64,000 nt of DNA from Promethearchaeota archaeon (GTDB lineage Archaea > Asgardarchaeota > Heimdallarchaeia > Hodarchaeales > Hodarchaeaceae). The stretch is taken from contig JBHLMN010000011.1 in assembly GCA_048938105.1 (NCBI GenBank), positions 96,001 to 160,000 of the forward strand, in the 5' to 3' direction. A model generated the notes under the pieces. The model saw only the letters and a program-made list of their open reading frames with translations. It ran no database searches and was not told the DNA's origin. This document shows, one piece after another, positions 10,890 to 21,567 of the stretch. The position numbers and the translations under genes were made by a program. How positions within the stretch are numbered: position 1 is the stretch's first letter; the number at the start of each line of letters is the position of its first letter.

Positions 10890-11087
10890 TTCAAAATTTA
10901 CTCCAAATTTAATTTTAGAAAGATGAAAAAGCCTTTATTCTTTCATCTTCTTCGATTAATGCCTTAGTTTCTTTTGGATTAACGTATTTTTTGATTGATG
11001 TTTACCAGAGAAAATTTGAATTCAATATAAATTATGCTTTCTTGTTATTTGTACTATATCAAGTAGCGAATAGTGGATGGTAAATAA

Positions 11088-12464
11088 ATGGTCGATGGCC
11101 CGAAAATTGTCATTATTGGTGCAGGAAGCGCAAGTTTCGGTTTAGAAAACCTTGGAGGAATTATGCGGCATGAGGACTTACAAGGATCTACTTTGGTTCT
11201 TGTAGACACAAATAGTAATAATTTAAATTTGATAACAACCTTAGCTCGCCGTATGAATCGAGAATGGAACTCTAAGATGACGATTGAATCAACAACTGAT
11301 CGTACTGAAGCTTTAGCGGATGCAGATTTTGTAATCCTTTCTGTCGCTGTAGATCGGGAGGAAACTTGGAAGAAAGATCATGAGATCGGTAAAAAATACG
11401 GCATTTGGCATTATGCCGAAAATGGTGGGCCAGGTAGCTTTAGTCACACAGCACGAGGTATTGCTTTCATAATACCCATCCTCCATGACATCCACGATTT
11501 AGCTCCAGATTCGTGGTTAATTAACTTCACAAATCCCGTACCACGCATTCATTATGCTGCCAATTATAATGAAATTAAATGTGTAAGTTATTGCCACCAA
11601 ATTTGGCATGGTTACAGCATATTAGGTCGGATACTAGCTGCTGATCTTAAGATAACAGATTATCTTGACTGGACTTTTGAATGGACCGATGAAAGTTTTG
11701 CTAAAAGTGCACTATTCTTAGTTAATGCCGCAGCAGAATATGATATTCATGCAGCTGGACTTAATCACTTTACATGGATGATGGATGTCAAACGTCAGGA
11801 AACAGGAGAAGATCTCTATCCATTAATCAGAAAAGAAATCTCTAATCTCCCACCAGACTTTGAACCACTTACTCAGCATATGTTTAATATTTTCGGACTT
11901 CTACCAGTGCCTGGTGACTGTCATTTAGCTGAATACCTCCCATATACAGTTACCAAAGAGAACTGGATACGATATGGTATCCAACTGTATGATTTTGAAT
12001 GGAGTCTGAAGCGGAGAAATAAAATGTGGGAAGAAATAACTGGAATGGCAACAGGAAAGCGGTCTCTTGATACCTTTGTTCAGAATCCTTTTGATCGAGG
12101 AGAATATGTCATGGCAGGAATTTTTTCAAATTCAAACTCATATGAGGCTGCTTTGAATATTACCAATAATGGAGCTATAAGCAATCTGCCAGATGATGCA
12201 GTAGTAGAAGTTCCTGTGATACTTAATAGAATGGGAGCTTTAGGAATGCGAATGGGGGCGCTTCCTGAAGGAATAGCAGCTCTTTGTCAGCGTGAGATTT
12301 CCCAAGCAAAATTAATCACTAAAGCCTCGATTGAGGGTGACCGAGAAGTTGCCCTACAAGCCTTTGCGATAGATCCAATGATTAATGACCTTTCACTAGC
12401 AGAAACACTTCTCGATGAATACCTTCAGGTTCACAAGAAGTATTTACCTCAATTCTTTACTTAA
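11088..12464 (+). CDS. Glycoside hydrolase family 4 (NAD-dependent alpha-galactosidase/glucosidase)
   Basis: KIVIIGAGSASF, ENGGPGS, INFTNP, YCH, AGLNHFTW, HLAEYLP, NNGAISNLPDDAVVEVP. Confidence 0.93.
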   Translation: MVDGPKIVIIGAGSASFGLENLGGIMRHEDLQGSTLVLVDTNSNNLNLITTLARRMNREWNSKMTIESTTDRTEALADADFVILSVAVDREETWKKDHEIGKKYGIWHYAENGGPGSFSHTARGIAFIIPILHDIHDLAPDSWLINFTNPVPRIHYAANYNEIKCVSYCHQIWHGYSILGRILAADLKITDYLDWTFEWTDESFAKSALFLVNAAAEYDIHAAGLNHFTWMMDVKRQETGEDLYPLIRKEISNLPPDFEPLTQHMFNIFGLLPVPGDCHLAEYLPYTVTKENWIRYGIQLYDFEWSLKRRNKMWEEITGMATGKRSLDTFVQNPFDRGEYVMAGIFSNSNSYEAALNITNNGAISNLPDDAVVEVPVILNRMGALGMRMGALPEGIAALCQREISQAKLITKASIEGDREVALQAFAIDPMINDLSLAETLLDEYLQVHKKYLPQFFT

Positions 12465-12508
12465 ACCATGAGTATCAAGTACTATTAAAGACAATTTGAG
12501 GGCAATCA

Positions 12509-13159
12509 ATGAACAAACCAATAAAATTGTTAATTACCGATCTTGATGACACCTTAATCCGCTCAAATATCAATTATTCAAAGATTCGACTTCAAATTGC
12601 TGACCTTTTTCCTGTGCCACTCTCTACTGAAATGATAATGAAAACACCGATTCTTGGATTGTTGAAAAAATTAAAACGAGATTTTCCCGAAAAATTCATT
12701 GAAGGTTATCAAAGAATTGATGAAGCTGAAAAAAGAGCAACTAAAACTGCTACTGTAATACAAGGAGCTGAAAAAATACCTTTAATAATAAAGAAACATA
12801 ATTTATATTCTGCAATTTATACAAATAACTCTAAAAGTACAATAGAACTCTATCTAACCAACCCAAGATTTTATTTCCTCAAGGAGTTTCAAATATTAAC
12901 CAGAGAAGACTTTAATAACCCAAAACCAGATCCTGAAGGCCTTATATCGATAATTGACAGCTTTAATGACAAACTGATTACAAAAGAAAACACTGCTTAC
13001 ATAGGTGATTCATATATTGATGCAATTGCTGCCCATCGAGCCAATATCAAGTTCATTTGGTTTCATTCTCGAGATATAGATCAAAATCTTTTTCCTGATA
13101 CTCCATATCAAACTTTAACTGATTGGGTGGATTTTGAGTCCATTCTTTTAGGACAGTGA
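12509..13159 (+). CDS. HAD-superfamily hydrolase (phosphoglycolate phosphatase-like)
   Basis: DLDDTL, TNN, KPDPEG and YIGDSYID motifs. Confidence 0.88.
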   Translation: MNKPIKLLITDLDDTLIRSNINYSKIRLQIADLFPVPLSTEMIMKTPILGLLKKLKRDFPEKFIEGYQRIDEAEKRATKTATVIQGAEKIPLIIKKHNLYSAIYTNNSKSTIELYLTNPRFYFLKEFQILTREDFNNPKPDPEGLISIIDSFNDKLITKENTAYIGDSYIDAIAAHRANIKFIWFHSRDIDQNLFPDTPYQTLTDWVDFESILLGQ

Positions 13160-14532
13160 AAAATATGATAACTCCATCATCGAATTCAGAGAAGTTCAAT
13201 CCATTAAGAAATCTTATTGCCTTGTGTTTAGCCTCTTTTGTCGTGGTAACAGGATTTGGAGTTATATTGCCATTTTTCCCTTTATATGCCAAAGAGATAC
13301 TGTTTAAATATGATTTTCTGGGTCTACCAATTGGGATAGCTTTTCAAATTGGCATTATGACTTCTGCTTTCATGTTTACACGATTCTTATTAGCTCCTTC
13401 ATTTGGGGATTTATCTGATGTTTCTGGTCGGAAACCGATAATTCTAGTTGGAATGATTATTTACACTTTCCTCCTATTTGGATTTGGACTTGCTTTTGAC
13501 TTTTTATCGTTGTTTATACTTAGAGCATTACAAGGGATAGCATCTGCGGCTGTATGGCCAGTTGGGGAAGCGTTAATTGTAGATACATCAACAAAGAGGA
13601 CGACTGGAAAGAATTTAGGTTATTACATTATGTCAATGCAAGCAGGGATGGCAGCAGGGCCATTTATTGGTTTTATCTTTTATGCTGGATTGAATGGAAT
13701 AGTGGGGTTCCCTCCAATTTTATCTTATCGATTAACATTCTTTTGCCAAGGAGTATTGGGCGTCTTAGCAACTGTGATTGTAGCACTATTAGTAAAAGAT
13801 CCCAGTCAATCAAATTCTGAGAACTTAACAGTTATAGGTAGTTTTACAATTGCAATAAAACAAATGGGAAGAAAATTAATTCAAAGTCCAAAATATCTTG
13901 TGACAACATTCTCTACTGCTGAAAAATATAGAAATAACAGCCTTTATACGATCTATCTCGTCGCAATAATTAATGGCTTTGGGAATGCAATGATCTTTCC
14001 AATTATTGCACTATTTCTTGATGATTATTATTTCTTGGATCCTGAATTCATCGCTTTAATCATTGGAATAGTTGGTATCCTAGCACTTTCTGGTAATCCC
14101 TTGGGTGGGACATTAAGTGATAAGCTTACTCGAAAACATGTTGTGTGGATATCAGGTTGTCTAAGAGGAGGACTTTATCTTGTATTAGGGATCCAATGGG
14201 GATTGTTAGCAGTTGTTATTGCCTTTGCAATCCAACGTTTTCTATGGGCAATCTATCAACCAGCATTTAGAGCAATGCAGAGTGACTTAATTCCAGAAGC
14301 AGTTAGAGGAAAAGAATTCGGAATCGTGCAAGCACTCTTTAATTTTGGATCTGTACTAGGACCAATTATTGGAGGCATACTTTACGATTATTTTTTGGAT
14401 GTTACATTCACTTTAAACGGTTTTGTGTACCTAGGGGCTGGGGTTACATTTATACTTGCAGGAATTCTAGGAATAATAGGAAGTATAACCCTTCTACTAT
14501 TCGTAAACTCCTTAGATTATCAAGAAACATGA
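13156..14532 (+). CDS. MFS transporter (DHA1/TetA-like)
   Basis: GDLSDVSGRKP motif A, RALQG, about 12 TM segments; GTGA overlap with the HAD gene. Confidence 0.9.
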   Translation: MKNMITPSSNSEKFNPLRNLIALCLASFVVVTGFGVILPFFPLYAKEILFKYDFLGLPIGIAFQIGIMTSAFMFTRFLLAPSFGDLSDVSGRKPIILVGMIIYTFLLFGFGLAFDFLSLFILRALQGIASAAVWPVGEALIVDTSTKRTTGKNLGYYIMSMQAGMAAGPFIGFIFYAGLNGIVGFPPILSYRLTFFCQGVLGVLATVIVALLVKDPSQSNSENLTVIGSFTIAIKQMGRKLIQSPKYLVTTFSTAEKYRNNSLYTIYLVAIINGFGNAMIFPIIALFLDDYYFLDPEFIALIIGIVGILALSGNPLGGTLSDKLTRKHVVWISGCLRGGLYLVLGIQWGLLAVVIAFAIQRFLWAIYQPAFRAMQSDLIPEAVRGKEFGIVQALFNFGSVLGPIIGGILYDYFLDVTFTLNGFVYLGAGVTFILAGILGIIGSITLLLFVNSLDYQET

Positions 14533-14594
14533 TTAAGCCTCCAAAAATTCCCTCCAAATAATGATTTAAGCAATTAATTAACCAAAAAAATGTT

Positions 14595-17483
14595 GTGAAA
14601 GCCTTGTCTAATTCATTTAGAAAAATCTTCGATCTTTCTAATAACTCTTATCACTTCATCAAAAACAACTATAAAGCCCTTTTAGTAACATTAATGGGAT
14701 TAGTTATTTCTATAACAATCATTTCAACAAGCTCCATGCTCGTTGAATCATATCGATTTGAATTCGTCCAAGAACTACTCTTTTCGGATTGGAACGAAGT
14801 TGAGGGGGATATTCAAATCGAACTTTACCCAAATCCTTCTTCTGGGGAGATTAGTTGGATCAAGGACTATGCATACTATGAGCAATTAATTGCCAATTCT
14901 TTTGGCGATCTGGGTTATCAAAATTATTTTGAAAAACAGTTCTGGTTTACTGAGATTGATTTAGGTATATTACCTAGTGAGGAAAATTCTGAAATTAATT
15001 ATTATCTAACTCATTTAAAAGCAATGAAAGAGCAAATATACACCAAAATCGAGCCCTATTTAAATCCTGGAGGGCGATTACCAGTAAATCCATCTGAAGT
15101 AATCTTAATTTCCAATGAAAGTGTTTTTAATTATGAATTGGGTCATCAAATAACACTAGTTTCCCGTATCGGGGGTTTCGGGGCTGATCCTACTAATGTA
15201 ACGATTGTAGGAATGATTGAATACCCCAAGATCGAATCATTTGTTCAAGAGTATCTTTCCAAGGATGAAGATCCTTTTTCGTTTACTTATACAAAAGAGC
15301 GGGGAGAATCTGTCTCAAATTGTTTCATTCTAGCCTATCCTCAACACTTGATAAGTATAATGGAACAATTAAAAGGAAATAGAGATTTTCTAAGCATAAC
15401 AAAGATCTTTGGTAAAATATATCTTGATCATTGGAATATTGACATTTTTAACTGTAATTATGAAATTAACCGATTAAATGCTATACTGCATGAACTTATC
15501 GATAATACTTTCGCAGAGGAATTAAATTATGCTGATATCTTGGAGAATTCTAACATCTATATGCTTATTTCCACTCTTGAACCACTTATAGAAAGGATGC
15601 AGTTATTACAAATCCTCCTACTGTTAATTGATCTTCCTGTTATCGCCATTGCGCTATATTTGGTAAGCTATTCATTTAGTTTGATCAAACGTCAGAAGAG
15701 AGAAACCATTGGCATTATTAAAACCAGGGGTGGATCTTGGCAACAAATCCTCTTGTTTCTCTTAGGAGAAGCAATTGTTACAATTGGATTAGCCAGTGTT
15801 GGAGGAATGGTCATTGGATATATTCTTACTTCTTTCCTCTTAAGATCAGCAGACTTTCTTGATTTTACTGGAGCTGAAATAGTAGTAATAGTTTCACCAA
15901 CACTGATTCTAATTCTAATCATCTTTGCTTTATTTATCACATTCTCCTCAAATTTTTCTACAATCATATATTATACTCGTATGACTATACTAGAATCGAT
16001 AAACCCAATAGAAAAACGACCACCCATCTGGAAACGCTATTATTTGGATATAATCTCTACTATCTTAGGTTTACTTGGTTATCTAATTATTTCATCATTA
16101 AGTAGTGTTATAACAGCTGCAGAACTTAGTGATCTGATATTCTTAGTGTTTCTGTTTTTAGGTGTTCCAACACCGTTCTTATTATTCTTTGGATCTATTC
16201 TTTTGATTACTAGGATTTTCCCTATCATAATCAATCAGTTAGCACTAATCTTATGGAAAATAAGAGGTAGACTCTTATCCTTTTCTTTAAGAAATGTTGT
16301 CCGTCATAAACAGTCAGCCACGCATGTGGTCATCCTAATCACTTTAGCCATCTCGTACACAATAATAGCTGCATCACTGGCATTCTCTATTGATGAGACG
16401 AAAAGAGTTCAATACCTTTACGATACTGGAGCTGATATGAGTATCAATATCAATTATCTAAACGAAACTGTTATTGATTTTTTACAAAACAATGTATCAG
16501 GCATCGTTAGCATCTCTCAAACAATCACCGGATATACCCCTAGCGCTCATGGACTTCATCAATATTCAATGTTCTTTGTAGATCCAGAAACTTATGCGGA
16601 AACAGCTTTTTTTAAAGAAGGTTTATTCGGGTTAAGTTCCTCACTACCCACATTAATGAAAAAGCTTGCAGATAATAAATCAATTCTGCTTTTCAAGGGA
16701 AACTTGGATGATCTCCCGAATGTGAAATTGAATGATCAGTTTTGCTTCCATCTTTATAATAAAACGTTGTTCGCGAAGGGGGAAGAGGCTCTGTTAAACT
16801 ATACAGTTATTGGTTCATTTAAATACTGGCCACAACAACAATATGATATTCAAGGGGCTCCTGCTGACAGCATTTTCGCGGTGGGAAGCCTTGGTATGTT
16901 TTTCTCTTTAAATAGATATGAATATCTCGCAGTTTCCGACGCAAGATATTTGATTGATCTTGAACCTAATTGTGACGTTAAAAAGGTTAAAGATATTGTC
17001 TTTGGTTATGTGGTCCAATCAATAGACACAGGCCTTCTTGATTATCAAGAATATCTAGGAAGCATTGATAGACGTTTCGAACTCTCCGTTCTCAATTCAG
17101 CACTTCTCGTTTGCATCGCTGTTTCAATTGCTGGTGTCTTCATGTTTGCTCTCTTCACATATATAGAACGCAGTAAAGAAATCGGTGTGGAACGAGCATT
17201 GGGCATGACTAAAATGCAAACAGGAATCTCATTCATTATTGAAGCGTTATCAATCCTCTTCTTTGGGATAGTAATTGGCTTAGTTACAGGATTAGCCAAC
17301 ACATCATTTTTTCTTATCGTAACCCAACTTGGGAGTATTAGAACTCCTATAGCTGTTGTATATCCTTTAGATTTTATATTCAGATTTCTAGCCCTTATTA
17401 TCGTGATAGCTTTAGTAGGTAATCTCATTTTAACCTACCAAACTACTAGAAAAGACATCAGTCGAGTATTAAAGGTGGAATAA
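14595..17483 (+). CDS. FtsX/MacB-like ABC transporter permease
   Basis: Two FtsX halves (QKRETIGIIKTRGG and ERSKEIGVERALG) with large extracytoplasmic domains. Confidence 0.9.
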   Translation: MKALSNSFRKIFDLSNNSYHFIKNNYKALLVTLMGLVISITIISTSSMLVESYRFEFVQELLFSDWNEVEGDIQIELYPNPSSGEISWIKDYAYYEQLIANSFGDLGYQNYFEKQFWFTEIDLGILPSEENSEINYYLTHLKAMKEQIYTKIEPYLNPGGRLPVNPSEVILISNESVFNYELGHQITLVSRIGGFGADPTNVTIVGMIEYPKIESFVQEYLSKDEDPFSFTYTKERGESVSNCFILAYPQHLISIMEQLKGNRDFLSITKIFGKIYLDHWNIDIFNCNYEINRLNAILHELIDNTFAEELNYADILENSNIYMLISTLEPLIERMQLLQILLLLIDLPVIAIALYLVSYSFSLIKRQKRETIGIIKTRGGSWQQILLFLLGEAIVTIGLASVGGMVIGYILTSFLLRSADFLDFTGAEIVVIVSPTLILILIIFALFITFSSNFSTIIYYTRMTILESINPIEKRPPIWKRYYLDIISTILGLLGYLIISSLSSVITAAELSDLIFLVFLFLGVPTPFLLFFGSILLITRIFPIIINQLALILWKIRGRLLSFSLRNVVRHKQSATHVVILITLAISYTIIAASLAFSIDETKRVQYLYDTGADMSININYLNETVIDFLQNNVSGIVSISQTITGYTPSAHGLHQYSMFFVDPETYAETAFFKEGLFGLSSSLPTLMKKLADNKSILLFKGNLDDLPNVKLNDQFCFHLYNKTLFAKGEEALLNYTVIGSFKYWPQQQYDIQGAPADSIFAVGSLGMFFSLNRYEYLAVSDARYLIDLEPNCDVKKVKDIVFGYVVQSIDTGLLDYQEYLGSIDRRFELSVLNSALLVCIAVSIAGVFMFALFTYIERSKEIGVERALGMTKMQTGISFIIEALSILFFGIVIGLVTGLANTSFFLIVTQLGSIRTPIAVVYPLDFIFRFLALIIVIALVGNLILTYQTTRKDISRVLKVE

Positions 17484-18355
17484 TGTTTCTGGAATGTCAT
17501 GACGTTTTCAAACTTTACACGAATCCAGTCACAAAAATCCAAGTTCCTGCTTTGCGAGGTGTAGAGCTTTCTTGCGAGGAGGGGGAATTAATCGCGATCA
17601 TTGGACCAAGTGGAGCTGGAAAGAGCACTCTCATCAATTTAATTGGTGGAATTGATAAACCATCCTCAGGTTCAATAACCGTTGATGGTAAAGTTGTTAA
17701 TAAAATGAAAAAAAAGGAGCTGAATCAATATCGACGTCAAGAAGTTGGTTTTCTTCATCAATTTCCAAATAGAAATTTAATGTGGAACATTACTGCTTTT
17801 CAGAATGTTATTTTTCCAATGAAACTTACAAGTCGATGGGGACTTCAGAAACAAAAAAAGAGAGCTCTTGAATTGTTATCGAGAGTCGGACTAGAAAATA
17901 GAGCTCATCATAAACCTCATCAGTTATCTGGAGGAGAAGCCCAACGTGCGGGAATAGCTGTTGCCTTAGCCAATGATCCAAAAATTATTCTTGCAGATGA
18001 ACCTACAGGTGATCTTGATAGCGTGAGTACCTTTAAAATTATTGATTATTTTCAAGAAGTAAACAAAAACCTGGGGAAAACATTTGTTGTAGTGACGCAC
18101 GATCATCGATTCTCCAACATGACTAAAAGAGCTGTGAATATTCTTGACGGCCAAATTGTTGGTATGCATCGAAGAGCTGATTTCGAAAAAACAGCTTCAG
18201 AACGCGAAGAAGTTTTCTATTTAGACGAACGTGGAAATCTTCACATTCCTGAGCATCTGCGGAAAAAAGCAGGGGTGAAAAAACATGTGAAGCTCGAACT
18301 AATTGATGGTCGTATAACCATCATTCCAGTCAAAGGTGATCATCATAATGAGTGA
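17483..18355 (+). CDS. ABC transporter ATPase (LolD/MacB-like) with C-terminal AbrB-like domain
   Basis: [28 protein letters not shown]; C-terminus [20 protein letters not shown]...ITIIP. Confidence 0.92.
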   Translation: MFLECHDVFKLYTNPVTKIQVPALRGVELSCEEGELIAIIGPSGAGKSTLINLIGGIDKPSSGSITVDGKVVNKMKKKELNQYRRQEVGFLHQFPNRNLMWNITAFQNVIFPMKLTSRWGLQKQKKRALELLSRVGLENRAHHKPHQLSGGEAQRAGIAVALANDPKIILADEPTGDLDSVSTFKIIDYFQEVNKNLGKTFVVVTHDHRFSNMTKRAVNILDGQIVGMHRRADFEKTASEREEVFYLDERGNLHIPEHLRKKAGVKKHVKLELIDGRITIIPVKGDHHNE

Positions 18356-19052
18356 GCTGTCCTCAAGAGAAATTATCATAGAAATGGAAGGAATAAATCA
18401 GCGTTACAAGCTTCGAACGAACACAATAGATGCTCTTAGCGATATAAATATTAAAATTCACCTAAAAGAGTTTACAATGGTCATGGGACCAAGCGGAAGC
18501 GGCAAGAGTACCTTATTAAATACAATTGCAGGATTAGAAGCACCATAAGCAGGAACAGTCAAGATCTTGGGAGAGGATTTAAAGACACAAACTGATCACC
18601 AATTATGTGAAATTAGACGTCACAAATTAGGATTTATATTCCAATTTTTTAATCTACATCCAATTCTGAACGCGCAAGAAAACGTAGAACTTCCTATGTT
18701 AATCGCAAATGTCAAACGCTCTCTTCGTGAGAAAAGGGCCAAAGAATTACTTTCATTAGTCGGTTTGGAACATCGATTGCATCATCATCCACCTAAACTA
18801 TCGGGAGGTGAAAAACAACGTGTAGGTATTGCTCGTGCTTTAGCGAATGACCCCATGATTATATTAGCAGATGAACCTACTGGAGACATGGACTCAGTCA
18901 TAGGCCACGAGATAATGGCACTAATCTCTGAACTGAATCAACATCACAATAAGACAATAATATGTGTTACTCATGATGAAGAACTACTCAAACCAGGAAT
19001 GAGACTTATTCGTATGGATGACGGACGTATAATATCTGACACTTTCCTATGA
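18348..19052 (+). pseudogene. ABC transporter ATPase interrupted by an in-frame TAA at 18546-18548
   Basis: ORFs 18336..18548 and 18567..19052 are in the same frame. Read-through gives [31 protein letters not shown]...LSGGEKQR...ILADEPTG...VTHD, a complete ATPase of about 234 aa. Confidence 0.85.
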
Positions 19053-19115
19053 TAGGTCGACGGAAAGTTTGTTTTTGTTGAAATTTAAGGTAAATCATTC
19101 TTAGATCAAACTGAA

Positions 19116-19583
19116 TTATTCTATTATCTTCTCTACCAGAATAGCTTCTAAAATACAACCATGTCTTTCAATTTGGGTTTTGATAAGTGATCTAAAGCCA
19201 TTTTTTAAGTAAAATTTGATCGAATGAATGATAGAATTGACAACAAGAGAAGAATACCCTTTATAATAAGCCTCTTTCTCAATGAAATTCAAGATCGCAG
19301 AACTTACTCCTTTTTTTTGATATTCTGATTGAACATACATATGCCTGATTTCATTATCTTTCAATGTCCCCATGCCAACAATTTCATCATCAACTAATGC
19401 AACAACAATAATTCGATCCTTGGTGATTTTCTGGACATATTCTGCTGTTCGACTATTAGCAATCTGTGTCCTCACTTCGATAGGAAGATTAGTAGCGTGA
19501 TTACGAAAATGGTCCTGCATAAGAGAGCTACATTGTTGTGCATCTCCTGAATCATAATAGCGTAAGACTAGATTAGAAACCAT
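19116..19583 (-). CDS. GNAT family N-acetyltransferase
   Basis: IVGMG, MYVQSEYQKKGVSSAIL (acetyl-CoA motif A), FYLKNGF. Confidence 0.88.
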   Translation of the reverse strand: MVSNLVLRYYDSGDAQQCSSLMQDHFRNHATNLPIEVRTQIANSRTAEYVQKITKDRIIVVALVDDEIVGMGTLKDNEIRHMYVQSEYQKKGVSSAILNFIEKEAYYKGYSSLVVNSIIHSIKFYLKNGFRSLIKTQIERHGCILEAILVEKIIE

Positions 19584-19623
19584 GAAGATACGGCCCTAAT
19601 AGTTCTTTAAAACTTCAACAAAT

Positions 19624-20010
19624 TCATAACCCAAAAAATGTCTCAAGAATGGTAGGTTTTTCAGATCTTAAAATTGTCCATTTCTTTTCGCGATTTCGCG
19701 ATATTAATCCGACATCTTCCAATATGGTTAGGTGATGAGAAACTGTTGCTTGAGCAAGACCAGTAATAAATTCGAGTTCGCATGGACAAGAAGCACCTCT
19801 ATCTATTGCAACTAGGATCTCAAGTCTAGTGGGATGGCTTAATGCTTTCACTAGTTTTCTTCCAATTTTGAATTCTTCTTCTTTCTTAAGGGAAGCAACT
19901 ATCTCTTTAATCTGTTTTAACCTATCGATTCTGTCTGAAACTGACTCCCATTCAACCAATTTCAACTCGCGAAGTTCAGTGAGTTTCCTTTTGAGTTCTG
20001 AATCTCCCAT
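19624..20010 (-). CDS. arsR: ArsR/SmtB family transcriptional repressor
   Basis: KALSHPTRLEIL, SCPCEL, QATVSHHLTILEDVGLI; divergent from the arsenic efflux operon. Confidence 0.85.
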   Translation of the reverse strand: MGDSELKRKLTELRELKLVEWESVSDRIDRLKQIKEIVASLKKEEEFKIGRKLVKALSHPTRLEILVAIDRGASCPCELEFITGLAQATVSHHLTILEDVGLISRNREKKWTILRSEKPTILETFFGL

Positions 20011-20094
20011 TATAAAATCTCCGAGTATTTATGCAATAATCTCATGTATTCTCTTTTGTTTCAAGTTTTTTTCATTACAGACTTAATGTAACGA

Positions 20095-20121
20095 TATATT
20101 TAAAAATTTCGATATATCGAA
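20095..20121 (+). promoter_or_regulatory. TATA box followed by a perfect 14-bp palindrome TTCGATATATCGAA (putative ArsR operator)
   Basis: Palindrome at 20108-20121 directly downstream of TATATTTAAAAA, between divergent arsR and the permease gene. Confidence 0.6.
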
Positions 20122-20158
20122 CTATAGTAGACACTTCATTTTAAATGAAGCCAGAAAG

Positions 20159-21532
20159 ATGACAAATCTCTATGATATTTTTTTAGGGGCTTTAGAGAGT
20201 GCTGTTTTTACTCTCTTAGATTATCTTTCTCTTCATGTGTTATTATGTCTTGTTCCTGCATTTCTCATTGCAGGAGCTATGTCTTATTTTATACCTAAAG
20301 ATATGATCATACGTTACATGGGAAATGATGCTGACCCCAAGGTTGCATATCCAATGGCAACCGCTGCTGGATTCCTTCTTGCTGTGTGTAGCTGTACCGT
20401 TTTACCCCTGTTTGTGAGTATTTGGAAAAGAGGAGCTGGTTTAGGCCCTGCTATTACTTTTTTATTTGTAGCACCAGCTATTAATATTTTGGCTTTAACT
20501 TATACTGGTACACTTATCGGTCTTGACATTGCACTAGCTAGGGGGATTCTAGCGATTATTTTTGCCATATTAATAGGTGTGATCATGGCAAGAGCATTTG
20601 GAAATGAAACAGAACATTATACTAATTCATATAATACTGAAAAACAACTTGTTCAACATCAATTAGACAATTATTCCGAAGAGACATCAATGAATAAATT
20701 ATCTTTCCTTTTATTAGGGCTTTTTGGATTATGTTCAATATCACTGGCAATATTGGATAGCTATATGATTGAAAGTCTGAATGAATTATTTTTTTCTAAT
20801 ATTCCCTTAATTGAGAGTTTACTGCAAACTCCTGTTATAATTCAAACAATCATATTTCTCTCTGGACTATGTATTCTAATATTGATGACGTACCGTCAAA
20901 TCCTAAATGATAAATTACTTCTATTTCTATGGCTTTTATATATTTTAATGACAGGAACCTCTCAAATTCAATATTTTGAAGGAGAATATAGAATTTTCGG
21001 AGTTATATTAAATTCTAGTATTATTAACATGTTAGCTAAGGTCGTTCTTACTGTTTTCATTACCATCGGTATGGTAATATTCATTTTTAAGAGAATTGAG
21101 TCTGAGGACATCAGATTCTGGTTTAATGAGACTTGGTTCTTTGTTAAATCAATATTTCCTTTAATAATTATTGGTGTGACAGTAGCGGGTTTCTTGAAGT
21201 TTTTTATCCCGAATGATCTAGTCGTAGCACTAGTTGGCCAAAATACTGTCCTTGCAAATCTCATTGCAGTCTTATTCGGTGTATTTATGTACTTTCCAAC
21301 GTTAATGGAAGTTCCTATTGCAAAAATTTTCCTAGATCTTGGAATGGCTAAAGGACCATTGTTAGCTTACTTATTAGCAGATCCAGAATTATCTATTCAA
21401 AGTATATTAGTTACTCGAAAATTTTTAGGGGATAAAAGAAACACAGTATTTGTGGGACTTGTTACATTGTTTACACTCATGGCTGGATTAGTCTTTGGTT
21501 CTTTCCTTGGCCAAGGAATAAGTTTATGGTAA
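20159..21532 (+). CDS. ArsP/DUF318 family permease
   Basis: HVLLCLVPAFLIAG, LAVCSCTVLPLF, GAGLGPAITFL, FMYFPTLMEVPI, GPLLAYLLADPELS. Confidence 0.88.
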   Translation: MTNLYDIFLGALESAVFTLLDYLSLHVLLCLVPAFLIAGAMSYFIPKDMIIRYMGNDADPKVAYPMATAAGFLLAVCSCTVLPLFVSIWKRGAGLGPAITFLFVAPAINILALTYTGTLIGLDIALARGILAIIFAILIGVIMARAFGNETEHYTNSYNTEKQLVQHQLDNYSEETSMNKLSFLLLGLFGLCSISLAILDSYMIESLNELFFSNIPLIESLLQTPVIIQTIIFLSGLCILILMTYRQILNDKLLLFLWLLYILMTGTSQIQYFEGEYRIFGVILNSSIINMLAKVVLTVFITIGMVIFIFKRIESEDIRFWFNETWFFVKSIFPLIIIGVTVAGFLKFFIPNDLVVALVGQNTVLANLIAVLFGVFMYFPTLMEVPIAKIFLDLGMAKGPLLAYLLADPELSIQSILVTRKFLGDKRNTVFVGLVTLFTLMAGLVFGSFLGQGISLW

Positions 21533-21567
21533 CTTTAATTAGAGATAGAATAAATTAGGTGTAACAA

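Noticed and set aside
18546-18548. Possible recoding (Sec/Pyl or alternative genetic code) at the internal stop
   Set aside because: The codon is TAA, it falls at a non-catalytic position, and TAA terminates many genes normally in this window.
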